Shown here piece by piece: positions 24,937-33,435 of a stretch of DNA of 64,000 nucleotides. Position numbers and translations under genes: made by a program. Source of the DNA: Actinomycetes bacterium (GTDB lineage Bacteria; Actinomycetota; Acidimicrobiia; Acidimicrobiales; JAMCPL01); contig JAJZWU010000003.1 in assembly GCA_021846515.1 (NCBI GenBank), forward strand, positions 27,266 to 91,265, written 5' to 3'. Position 1 is the first letter of the stretch, and each line of letters begins with the position of its first letter. The notes under the pieces were generated by a model that worked only from the letters and a program-made list of their open reading frames with translations, had not been told where the DNA came from and searched no databases.

Positions 24937-26081
24937 TCCGTTCCAGAAAGCCTCCGGAAGATAACTACCCAGAGGACTATGGTACGCCCACCTATGCTTC
25001 CAGCGGTGTCAAAGAGAGACTACTCAATCTCACGCTTTTACTCACCAATGCCAGGATGCCCCTTACGATGGAATATATAACTACCCAGGTTCCCGGATAC
25101 CCTCCAGGCCGTGATGCCAGACGGCAGGCATTTGATAGAGACAGGGAAATACTTGCTGAAGGGGGTATCGCGATTAAGACCGTGCCTCTATACGAGGACC
25201 ATTCACAGTGGGGGTATAGCATTGAGAACGATTATCTGGATGGGTTGGATTTTACCGCAGATGAACACCTTGTGCTAAATATGGTACTTGCTGCATCGAG
25301 ATTTCAGAGAGGTAGCTATATGTCTCCCTCATTGGCTCATTTCTTTGTCAGTATGCCGACAGGTAATTTGCTTGAACAAATATATCGTAGTGCAATAGGT
25401 AATTACCCTATTACATTTCACTACAGGGGTTCACCCAGAAAGGTGCTACCCAGAATGCTGCGTTTTGTTGCCGGTCGATGGTACCTTCTCTCTTGGGATC
25501 TGGATAGAGATGCGTGGCGCACCTATAGGATTGACAGGATAGATGGTGATGTGATCAAGACGTCGGAAGCATCATCGGATTACCATATACCATTATTGGA
25601 ATCAGAATGGGCAGATTCTATCTGGACGCTTGGTGGCAGCCAAAGTGTAAGAGTCGAGGTACTTGTAGATTACCCGCTGGCTTCAGAGATAGAGGCTGAT
25701 CTTGGTAGTGGTAGGGTTAAATCAAGCGACAGACGGGGAGTAGTGTTTGCACTTGACGCTACCAATCTGGAAGCACTTTATTCGTGGGTTCTGTCTCTTG
25801 GTGATCATGCAGAGATACTTTCTCCCCCAGAGGTTCGGGAGGCCATGATTGAAAGGCTTAAATCCATTATCCGTGGCAACCCGCGCCGCGACCCGCATGG
25901 TGACCCACTCTACGGTAGCTCGTCCAATGCACCAGACGACGGCCCATCCCACAGCTATCCAGATGGACCTAATGACGACTCATCACCGAGTCCATCCGAC
26001 CCGCCCAATGACTTGCCCTACAGCTCATCCAATAGTTCATACTACGATAGAATAGAAGAGTCCAAAGAGGATAGGAAATGA
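24933..26081 (+). CDS. WYL-domain transcriptional regulator, PafB-like
   Basis: ERLLNLTLLLTNARMPLTMEYITTQVPGYPPGRDARRQAFDRDREILAEGGIAIKTV (HTH_11-type N-terminus) and a WYL region (GRWYLLSWDLDRDAWRTYRIDRI). Overlaps the pth stop. Confidence 0.7.
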   Translation: MIRSRKPPEDNYPEDYGTPTYASSGVKERLLNLTLLLTNARMPLTMEYITTQVPGYPPGRDARRQAFDRDREILAEGGIAIKTVPLYEDHSQWGYSIENDYLDGLDFTADEHLVLNMVLAASRFQRGSYMSPSLAHFFVSMPTGNLLEQIYRSAIGNYPITFHYRGSPRKVLPRMLRFVAGRWYLLSWDLDRDAWRTYRIDRIDGDVIKTSEASSDYHIPLLESEWADSIWTLGGSQSVRVEVLVDYPLASEIEADLGSGRVKSSDRRGVVFALDATNLEALYSWVLSLGDHAEILSPPEVREAMIERLKSIIRGNPRRDPHGDPLYGSSSNAPDDGPSHSYPDGPNDDSSPSPSDPPNDLPYSSSNSSYYDRIEESKEDRK

Positions 26082-27103
26082 GTCCCCGCAAAAAATCAGG
26101 CCCTCAATTTACCCGGCTGATCTCTATCCTGATGGTATTGGCTGTCAAGGGAACCATGGATGTAAATGTGCTCGCGCAGAAATTCAATATAGATGTTGAT
26201 GAGCTCATCTCAGATTTGGAACTGGCCGCATGTTGCGGAGTACCTCCCTATACTCCTGACGCTTTGCTGGAGATAGTCGTAGATGGAGATGTCGTCTATG
26301 CAACTCCTGGGCAGGAACTCATGAGGGAACGTCGGGTCGGTGCAAGGGACGCACTTGAGTTTATCCTGGGAGCAGGAGTTATAAGGGAATTATTGGATAC
26401 AGAGTATAACAATATTGTTTCCAGCATAGTGAATAAACTGGAAAATGCCAGCACCCCAGGTAGCTCAAGTAACTCCAGCATGGCCAGCAATGCAAATAGC
26501 GAGTCAAGTCATCTGGCAATATTAAAGGCTCATTTAGAGCAACCGCCTGGATCTATTGAAACTGTCAGGGATGCGCTGGAGAAAGGTTTACAGCTTGAGA
26601 TAGATTATTATTCGTTATCCAAAGACGAGCTATCCAGGCGCATACTCGACCCGGTGTCACTCTCCTCGATTGCCGGACAGTGGTATTTGGATGCATATTG
26701 TCATCTGGTCAATGCTCCCAGGAGGTTCAGGGCATCCAGGATACGTGAGGCTAGCATTCTGGATACCAGGGCGTGCAAAGGACTGCATGGCCTTCAACCC
26801 CTAAAGCCGTTCTCGGCTGCCAGTACGTTTGTAAAATCATCTTCCGAGGCAACGGTCGTTACCTTAAGGGTAGATGCTGAGATGATGCCAATTGTAGAGG
26901 CGTTGCCGCTGGAGTCGGTGGCACAAGACGGCGATGATGCAATCGTTACCATGTACTCAAGCGGGAATGTATTCTTGGAGAGGTTGCTGATACAGTTGGC
27001 CGGCCACGGAGAGTTACTGGATCCACTGGAATTGGCCGACCTGGGGAAGGAATGTGCAGCTCGTACGCTGAAAAGGTACAGTACGCAAGATAGTGCTAAG
27101 TAG
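26078..27103 (+). CDS. WYL-domain transcriptional regulator, PafC-like
   Basis: FTRLISILMVLAVKGTMDVNVLAQKFNIDVDELISDLELAACCGVPPYTPDALLEI (PafC-type N-terminus) and GQWYLDAYCHLVNAPRRFRASRI (WYL). ATGA overlap with the preceding gene. Confidence 0.7.
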   Translation: MSPRKKSGPQFTRLISILMVLAVKGTMDVNVLAQKFNIDVDELISDLELAACCGVPPYTPDALLEIVVDGDVVYATPGQELMRERRVGARDALEFILGAGVIRELLDTEYNNIVSSIVNKLENASTPGSSSNSSMASNANSESSHLAILKAHLEQPPGSIETVRDALEKGLQLEIDYYSLSKDELSRRILDPVSLSSIAGQWYLDAYCHLVNAPRRFRASRIREASILDTRACKGLHGLQPLKPFSAASTFVKSSSEATVVTLRVDAEMMPIVEALPLESVAQDGDDAIVTMYSSGNVFLERLLIQLAGHGELLDPLELADLGKECAARTLKRYSTQDSAK

Positions 27104-27273
27104 CTGTCGAGCGCAATATATGCAATATAGCAGCAGCATGGCAGCGGAAGCTTGCAGGACACCAAAATACATAAAACTATATATTATATGTGTAATTACT
27201 TTTTATAAAATGTAATATCATGAAATAACATAGTAATACATTATATGCTACTATGTACCCTGGAGGTGTCAGG

Positions 27274-28944
27274 GTGCTACGTATTTCAAAACTCAGTCAT
27301 GGAAGAGCTGATTATTACCTTCTTCCTACTGGCGTGCTCGGGAATAAGCAGATTGAGCCAGCCGGTCAATGGATGGAAAGCTCATCTTTCCTGAAACTGC
27401 AGGGAGCGGTAGATAGGGAGAGATGGTACTCAATTTTAGCGGGCATCGATCCGGCAACTGGCAACGTACTATCAGCCAACCAGGGTAGGGTAAAGGTGCC
27501 GGGCTTTGATCTTACCTTTTGTGCTCCGAAGTCGGTCAGCCTGTTGGCAGGCATCGGCGACCAAGAGGTTTCGTCCGCCACTATTGCCAGCCATGATCGT
27601 GCGGTGTCTACGGCATTGAATTATCTTGAATGTCATGGCATGGCAGTAAGGCGCACTGCCGAGAGTCACGAAAAGCTGATATTGCCTGTAGAGGGCATGG
27701 TGGGTGCGAATTTCCTGCACCGGACAGCCCGGTCGCTCGATCCGCACCTGCATACACATAGTGTGGTGGCCAATTTGGGGTCAGATCCAGAGAAGAGCTG
27801 GTCTGCCCTCGATGGGCGCGGCCTTTACGCCCATAGGGCCGCCGCGGATGCCCTGTATCATACAGTTCTGCGTTACGAGCTTGGCAGTAGGCTGGGCGTG
27901 AACTGGGAGCAGCCGGTCAACGGTAGGGCTGATATAAAAGGCATTCCGAGGGAGGTAATACTTGAGTTTTCTACACGAACCGCACAGATTGCAGAATATC
28001 TGGACTCCAGGGGTATTGGTGCATCCAGTAATGCTCGTTATATTGCCGGAGTGGCGACCCGTGGTGAAAAAGATCTGGATATATCGGCAGATGACCTGGT
28101 TGGCCAATGGCGTGATCGTGCCATGAGCCTGGGAATGGGTCCGGTGCAGCTTGATAATGTGTTCGGAATAGGCTATATGGACAAAGGGGAGCATTTTGAC
28201 GCGATACTACATAGTTACGATAAAGTAGCCGCTACCCTGGCAGAGAAAGATGGCCCAGTTTGTCGTAGAGATGTTGTACGAGCGTGGAGCGCAGCACTGG
28301 TTGCCGGTGCTCCGGGCGAGGAGATAAACAGGGCGGTAGATTCAGTGATTGGACTTGCGAGTCACAATCTCCAAAGTGAGGTGGGCAGGAGGAATGGGTT
28401 GGATCGAGGGGACGGGATGAGGAGGGGGAATGAGCCGGCAATAGGGGGCGTAGGGGTGCGGGAAGAGAGAATAGAAGTATCTGCCATTGAAGTTGCCATG
28501 AGGAACAGCAGGGATGTTGCCAGAGAAAGATACGAGTGGCCGGCAGGGATGCAATATAGGGGGATGTCCGTAGAGACCACCGGGCAAATATCAGGAGGAA
28601 GAGCCCTGCAGGGATTATTGGACAGGATAGGCCCACAGCCGGAGGACGAGCACTGTTTGGCGGCATGGTCAGAGGCATACAAGGCTATTCACAGCTATGG
28701 TGAGCGGTGGCTTGGAGTTGTAGGCGCAGGAGACAGTGGGCAGGAGGTAGGCAATTCAAGAGTTGGCAGCGATCAGTGGCAGGGAACGGGCGACTCCCTA
28801 CGGCAGAACTCCCTACGGCAGAACTCCCTACGGCAGCGAGTAGAGGCCAATGACCTTGAGCGGCTGATCAGCCAGACCAGGTTGCAACTCCAGCTGGGAC
28901 ATGAAATTGTGGATAGCCGGATGGATTACGGACTTGAGCTATAA
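27274..28944 (+). CDS. MobF/TrwC-type relaxase-domain protein (HUH endonuclease), with no helicase domain
   Basis: RADYYLL (catalytic Tyr pair context), GFDLTFCAPKSVSLL, SHDRAVSTAL, and FLHRTARSLDPHLHTHSVVANL (His triad). GTG start at 27274 with a GGAGG at 27262-27266. The C-terminal approx. 260 aa has no Walker A. Confidence 0.8.
   Translation: MLRISKLSHGRADYYLLPTGVLGNKQIEPAGQWMESSSFLKLQGAVDRERWYSILAGIDPATGNVLSANQGRVKVPGFDLTFCAPKSVSLLAGIGDQEVSSATIASHDRAVSTALNYLECHGMAVRRTAESHEKLILPVEGMVGANFLHRTARSLDPHLHTHSVVANLGSDPEKSWSALDGRGLYAHRAAADALYHTVLRYELGSRLGVNWEQPVNGRADIKGIPREVILEFSTRTAQIAEYLDSRGIGASSNARYIAGVATRGEKDLDISADDLVGQWRDRAMSLGMGPVQLDNVFGIGYMDKGEHFDAILHSYDKVAATLAEKDGPVCRRDVVRAWSAALVAGAPGEEINRAVDSVIGLASHNLQSEVGRRNGLDRGDGMRRGNEPAIGGVGVREERIEVSAIEVAMRNSRDVARERYEWPAGMQYRGMSVETTGQISGGRALQGLLDRIGPQPEDEHCLAAWSEAYKAIHSYGERWLGVVGAGDSGQEVGNSRVGSDQWQGTGDSLRQNSLRQNSLRQRVEANDLERLISQTRLQLQLGHEIVDSRMDYGLEL
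28793..28836 (+). repeat. 15-nt tandem repeat (actccctacggcaga, about 3 copies) encoding LRQNSLRQNSLRQ
   Basis: Read directly; in frame within the relaxase C-terminal region. Confidence 0.9.
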
Positions 28945-29030
28945 TCGACGGCCAAGTTACCATTAAGCACCGGGTAAGCAACCGGGATACAATTCTGCCG
29001 GTGCAAAAGGTTGCAATGGAGTACTATGCC

Positions 29031-29510
29031 CTAATCGGCTACCAGGGGACCGGCATCACCTGCCCCCTGTCTGATACCCTGGCCTGCCCTTCTGGTAAGC
29101 TGATCGGGCTCGTAAAGAAGCCAGTAAGCATTGTGAGCATGTTTGCGGGCGCGCTGCTTGCATATCTCAGCAAGTTCTTTGGTGTCGTTTGATTCGTTTT
29201 CATATACGAACACTTCCAGGACATGGGTGTTTGTAAGTAATTGCGCCAGCATTATTGCCTGGCTGGCTTCATGTGCGCATACTTGATCTATTGGGGCGCT
29301 CCCAGCCATGCCAATTGCTATTACGATAGAGCACCCATCAATTTCAATCATGCGCTTGCACTCTACGCCCAGATCCTTGAAGCCCGGAACTGTCCTGTAC
29401 ACCAACTCAAATTTTGTACCGTAGCCGTCACGCGATGCCAGCTCGTCAATTGCCTCTTTGCCCATGTCTACCCTGGCAAACATGGTATCTACTACGCCTA
29501 TTCTGTCCAT
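29031..29510 (-). CDS. Archaeal-type riboflavin synthase (MJ1184/RibC-like)
   Basis: 159 codons. GVVDTMFARVDMG, RTVPGFKDLGVECKRMIE, GCSIVIAIGMAG, VCAHEASQAIMLAQLLTNTHVLEVFV and LTRRAGQGIRQGAGDAGP match, from memory, nearly the full length of the Methanocaldococcus-type enzyme. Confidence 0.75.
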   Translation of the reverse strand: MDRIGVVDTMFARVDMGKEAIDELASRDGYGTKFELVYRTVPGFKDLGVECKRMIEIDGCSIVIAIGMAGSAPIDQVCAHEASQAIMLAQLLTNTHVLEVFVYENESNDTKELAEICKQRARKHAHNAYWLLYEPDQLTRRAGQGIRQGAGDAGPLVAD

Positions 29511-29632
29511 GTGCTCATACTATTTTATTTGCTCACCATACTCCTGCAACGATGCTTGCAACTTCCCGTAACGATGCTCACCATACTCCTGCAATGACCC
29601 TTGCAACTCAATGACCCTCGCAACCCATATGC

Positions 29633-30670
29633 TCAGTTTCTCACAATAGCGGGAGAATGGCGAAAGAACTGTTCTATATCCTGTTCATATATGTAGGATT
29701 GGGGTTCATTGCCTATGTTTTTCTTCAGGCGCACCGCCTTTATAAAACCTCTTACCGTACCGGCTGTCGTATGCTGTATTTCAAAGCCAGTTCGTTTGAT
29801 TCTGGTAGTGTCGATACCCCGGCCGTAACGGAGGAGGGGTTCCATCTCGGGTGTAAAGTGGATCAACCTCAATTTAACAAGTAACGAAGCTATATCCATA
29901 GTCCCGTAGGCAAGTATAGGTGCAACTTTGGCTCCGCATAGATTGATTACTTCACTCCACGGGACCCTTTCGTCTCCTGCCAGGTTGTATAGACCGGGTA
30001 TCCTCTTTCTGGTTAGATGCAGCAGGCAATCCACTACATCCTGCTCGTGCACAAACTGCATGAGCGGGTCAAAACCTACTATGACGGGTGCGAGACCTTT
30101 TGCTAAATTGGCGCTGATCGGTGTGGTGATTTCGCTGCCAAGTACGTTTGCGCATCTAACCATGCTGACCACAGTTGCCGGATTATCCTCGGCGAAGTCC
30201 TTGACCAGTTGCTCGACATCAAGTAGTGAGCGTTCCAGCCTCGATCGTGCGGGCTTTGAGCGCGGTGTCTCTTCCCTGAACCACGCAGGGTCATTTTCAG
30301 TAGCACCGTATACATTGGAGGAGGACTTCACCACTACCTGGCGTACCATACTGCCTCGTTGCCCAGCCGCTGCGAGCAGATTCATCGTGCCTATGACGTT
30401 TGTTTCATGAAGTATCCGTGAGTTGGCCTCCGAAGTGTTTGTTATGACGAATGTATGAATAATAGTATCTACATGGGTGGCTTTTACTATCCTGGAAAGG
30501 ATCGAATACGCCTGATCAGATCGGACGAACTCCGCCCTTTCCAGCGCTACCTGCGGCTCCTTTGTTCCCATGCCCAAGATGACATCAAAGTCGGGGTCCT
30601 GCTCCAGTGCCTGAGCAATCCTCCCCCCCCAGAATTTGTCTACTCCTGTAATAAGAACTCTTCTACCCAT
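29633..30670 (-). CDS. NAD-dependent epimerase/dehydratase (extended SDR)
   Basis: 345 codons. Rossmann N-terminus VLITGVDKFWGGRIAQ; SDR-like length and layout. Confidence 0.8.
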   Translation of the reverse strand: MGRRVLITGVDKFWGGRIAQALEQDPDFDVILGMGTKEPQVALERAEFVRSDQAYSILSRIVKATHVDTIIHTFVITNTSEANSRILHETNVIGTMNLLAAAGQRGSMVRQVVVKSSSNVYGATENDPAWFREETPRSKPARSRLERSLLDVEQLVKDFAEDNPATVVSMVRCANVLGSEITTPISANLAKGLAPVIVGFDPLMQFVHEQDVVDCLLHLTRKRIPGLYNLAGDERVPWSEVINLCGAKVAPILAYGTMDIASLLVKLRLIHFTPEMEPLLRYGRGIDTTRIKRTGFEIQHTTAGTVRGFIKAVRLKKNIGNEPQSYIYEQDIEQFFRHSPAIVRN

Positions 30671-31868
30671 TGAGGATACTCTTTCTGTCTCTTAGCATAT
30701 CGTAGAGAGTCTCCTGGATGAGGGTACGTACCTGTTCAGCCTCTTCCATGATGAAACTCCTTGAATAGCGCTCCTGTCCGGGTTCCACGTCATAGTATAT
30801 AGGATCAAGCACCTTTATTTTGAACTTCACAGGGAAGTACAGGAACCATCCCAACGGACCCAGCAATGGACCGAACACGAGCATGTTGCCGGTTATGGGG
30901 AAGTAAGGCAGATTGAGGACAGAGGCAATTCCGGGCACCCTGTAGAGTATCGGCATCGCCTCCTCTGCCCCGACAACAGCCAAGGGGATGATAGGAACTC
31001 CGGCTTTCATGGCTATTTCCACGAAACCGCCCCTGCCGAAACGGCGTAAGCGGTATCGGTCTGAAAATGATTTTGAAGTCGCCTTTGTTCCCTCGGGGAA
31101 CACCAGGGCTAACTGCTGATTGTCTCTCATTATACGTAGAGCGTTATCTGGATGGGCAGTGACACCACCCATACGTGACCACATGACGTTGACAATTGGA
31201 AGTGTGCGGAACCAGTAATCAGCCAAGCCATAAACCGGACGTCCGAGCTCCTTCTCTACTCCGTGCATTATTATAGGCGCATCGGGAGGTATTGCTCCAG
31301 CGTGGTTTGCAACGAGTAGAGCTCCGCCTTCTTTGGGGATCTTCTCCAGCCCCTCCCACTCTACTCTGAACCAGTGGTTGTAGAAGGGATCCATAAGTTG
31401 GCGTGTGATCTCCCGCATGTGCTCGGATCGTCCCCACTCATCTACATCACCCAACCTATCCTTGTCGTGAGCCGGTTCTTTCCCTGCTTCGTTGTAGTCG
31501 TTATCGGAAAGAGGCGGTACCGGAACAAGGCTCGTAGCTGTATTATTGGTATCGGCAGTGGCAGTATCGGAATCGGCGCTATCGGAAGCAACCTGGACAG
31601 TGCTATCTGCATCTATGTGTCTACCGACACGCTTACCGTTGTGCCCATCTATGTGTTCTCCGCCCTGCACGCCTATGTACTCAGCATCCTTCACATACCC
31701 GTCCCCATCGGCATACCCATCATCATGTTCAACGCTACCGGATGTCTGATCGATATCAGCAAGTGACAACGTTTTAGTTTGTCTCCTCGGCTGCCGCGTT
31801 CTGCTGTCACTACTGCTATCGTCTATCGACCTCTTGGTCTCCTTGCTTGATGTCCTATTTGCAACCAC
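30663..31868 (-). CDS. Lysophospholipid (1-acyl-sn-glycerol-3-phosphate) acyltransferase-family protein with acidic low-complexity N-terminus
   Basis: LLVANHAGAIPPDAP (HX-n-D block) and LVFPEGTKATSK (block III). Confidence 0.8.
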   Translation of the reverse strand: MVANRTSSKETKRSIDDSSSDSRTRQPRRQTKTLSLADIDQTSGSVEHDDGYADGDGYVKDAEYIGVQGGEHIDGHNGKRVGRHIDADSTVQVASDSADSDTATADTNNTATSLVPVPPLSDNDYNEAGKEPAHDKDRLGDVDEWGRSEHMREITRQLMDPFYNHWFRVEWEGLEKIPKEGGALLVANHAGAIPPDAPIIMHGVEKELGRPVYGLADYWFRTLPIVNVMWSRMGGVTAHPDNALRIMRDNQQLALVFPEGTKATSKSFSDRYRLRRFGRGGFVEIAMKAGVPIIPLAVVGAEEAMPILYRVPGIASVLNLPYFPITGNMLVFGPLLGPLGWFLYFPVKFKIKVLDPIYYDVEPGQERYSRSFIMEEAEQVRTLIQETLYDMLRDRKSILNG

Positions 31869-32012
31869 GTAAAGATGTTACCGCTTTTTTTGGGTCATTG
31901 CCACCAGCCAAGCTTATTAGCCTGTCCAGCCAACAGCTATAGGCGCCTGCCGGACAGGTGGTGTTCCCAGCGGCGTTTGCAAATTGCGACAATCGGAACC
32001 TGCTTTGTTGTA

Positions 32013-33134
32013 CTACTGCAGATGGTTTGTGGCAATTTCGCCAATTTCTGCACTCCTACCATTGAGTACTATGCCGTGATTATCAGATGTAGCTTTCCAC
32101 TCCATACCTTTGTCAAGTAGTTCACCTACTGTTGCCCAAGACTCGCTACAGGTGATGCCTGGGATACGGTTACTTAATGATTTTTCCATAGCCCTTCGTT
32201 CGCTGGCGGAGGTTAGCGGCATTATGATTGCTACCTCGCCTGCATAATCAACGGTTATGTCGGTTGTCCTGATTGCACTGGTTATAGATTTTTGTAATTC
32301 AGTAATGTCAGCCAGCTTGTCTCCGGTAGTATCTTTCTGCGACTCTATATGGCGTATAACGATAATAGGTAGGCCACGCGATTGTGGGGGTTGAGACCTT
32401 ATACGGTACGTATCCAGTAGCATCGAGAGTGGATCTGTAATTGCGCTAATATGGCTGCCGTTTATATGTCGCCAAGTTACCGGAGCTTCCTCTATGACCA
32501 TACCGAGCTCTTTTGCGATCCAGAGTATCTCCACGTCAAATGAGAAACGGTCCACAGTGGACAGGCAGAATAGCGTCTTTGCAGCTTTGGTATCGAATGC
32601 CTTAAAGCCACATTGAGTATCCAGAAAATCTATACCAGTCATTTTTCGGACCAGGAGATTGAATGCTTTTCCTGCTATAGTACGACCGGCAAATGTTCCT
32701 ATATTTTTTGATTGAGGGTGTGTTCTTGAAGATATAGCTATGTCGCAGTGATCCAGTCTTGCAATAAGCTCAGGAATGGCAAATGGGTCAAACGCCATAT
32801 CTGCATCCATGAAAACCAGTCTTTTGCCTCTGGCCCTTGTTACTCCAGCGCGCACGGCAGCCCCCTTTCCGCGATTTGCAGGCAACCTGATGACATCTGC
32901 CCACGGGAGATCATGTAGGTATGATCTGGCAACATTTGCAGTATTGTCTCGCGACCCATCGTCTACTACTAGAACTTGAGTAGAGAGGTAATCAAATAGC
33001 CCGCTCGAGAATCCCTCCAGTAGCCTGCCAAGCATTGCAGGAAGACGAGTTTCCTCATTGTAGGCTGGGATGATTATTGTAAGCTCTATGCCGGTGGATG
33101 TATCCACCGGCATATCGGTTATATCATCTTTCAT
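32013..33134 (-). CDS. Glycosyltransferase family 2 (polyprenol-phosphate sugar transferase-like) with approx. 130-aa C-terminal extension
   Basis: IIIPAYNEETRL, VLVVDDGSRDNT and FMDADMAFDP (DXD). Confidence 0.85.
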   Translation of the reverse strand: MKDDITDMPVDTSTGIELTIIIPAYNEETRLPAMLGRLLEGFSSGLFDYLSTQVLVVDDGSRDNTANVARSYLHDLPWADVIRLPANRGKGAAVRAGVTRARGKRLVFMDADMAFDPFAIPELIARLDHCDIAISSRTHPQSKNIGTFAGRTIAGKAFNLLVRKMTGIDFLDTQCGFKAFDTKAAKTLFCLSTVDRFSFDVEILWIAKELGMVIEEAPVTWRHINGSHISAITDPLSMLLDTYRIRSQPPQSRGLPIIVIRHIESQKDTTGDKLADITELQKSITSAIRTTDITVDYAGEVAIIMPLTSASERRAMEKSLSNRIPGITCSESWATVGELLDKGMEWKATSDNHGIVLNGRSAEIGEIATNHLQ

Positions 33135-33435
33135 GAATTAAATTACTGCCCCCTTTCTTCTCTCTTTGCGCTGATTGTTCACACTTCCGAGTATAGCAAG
33201 CTGCCTTGTTCTATGCCGTAGGGGCTACGGTGAATGGCACGGGCAGGAGAAATCCGAGTCAGTTGCAAAAGCAACTGGGCGGTTCCGTTAAGTTAGTAGG
33301 CAATGGCCTTATAGGCCATACTGAAAGCAGAGTGGCATGAACAATGTCACCGAATCTGGACGAGGTGAGCGTCATTTTCTTGAAATTGACCCACATTTAT
33401 GCCGGAAGACCCATTATACTGTATTTCTAAGTAAT

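Noticed and set aside
27262-27290. TGTCAGGGTG resembling the PafBC/RecA-NDp promoter half-site (TGTCGGTG) in front of the relaxase
   Set aside because: It has one extra base relative to the motif as I remember it, no TAnnnT element at the expected spacing, and it overlaps the RBS and start codon rather than a -35/-10 position.
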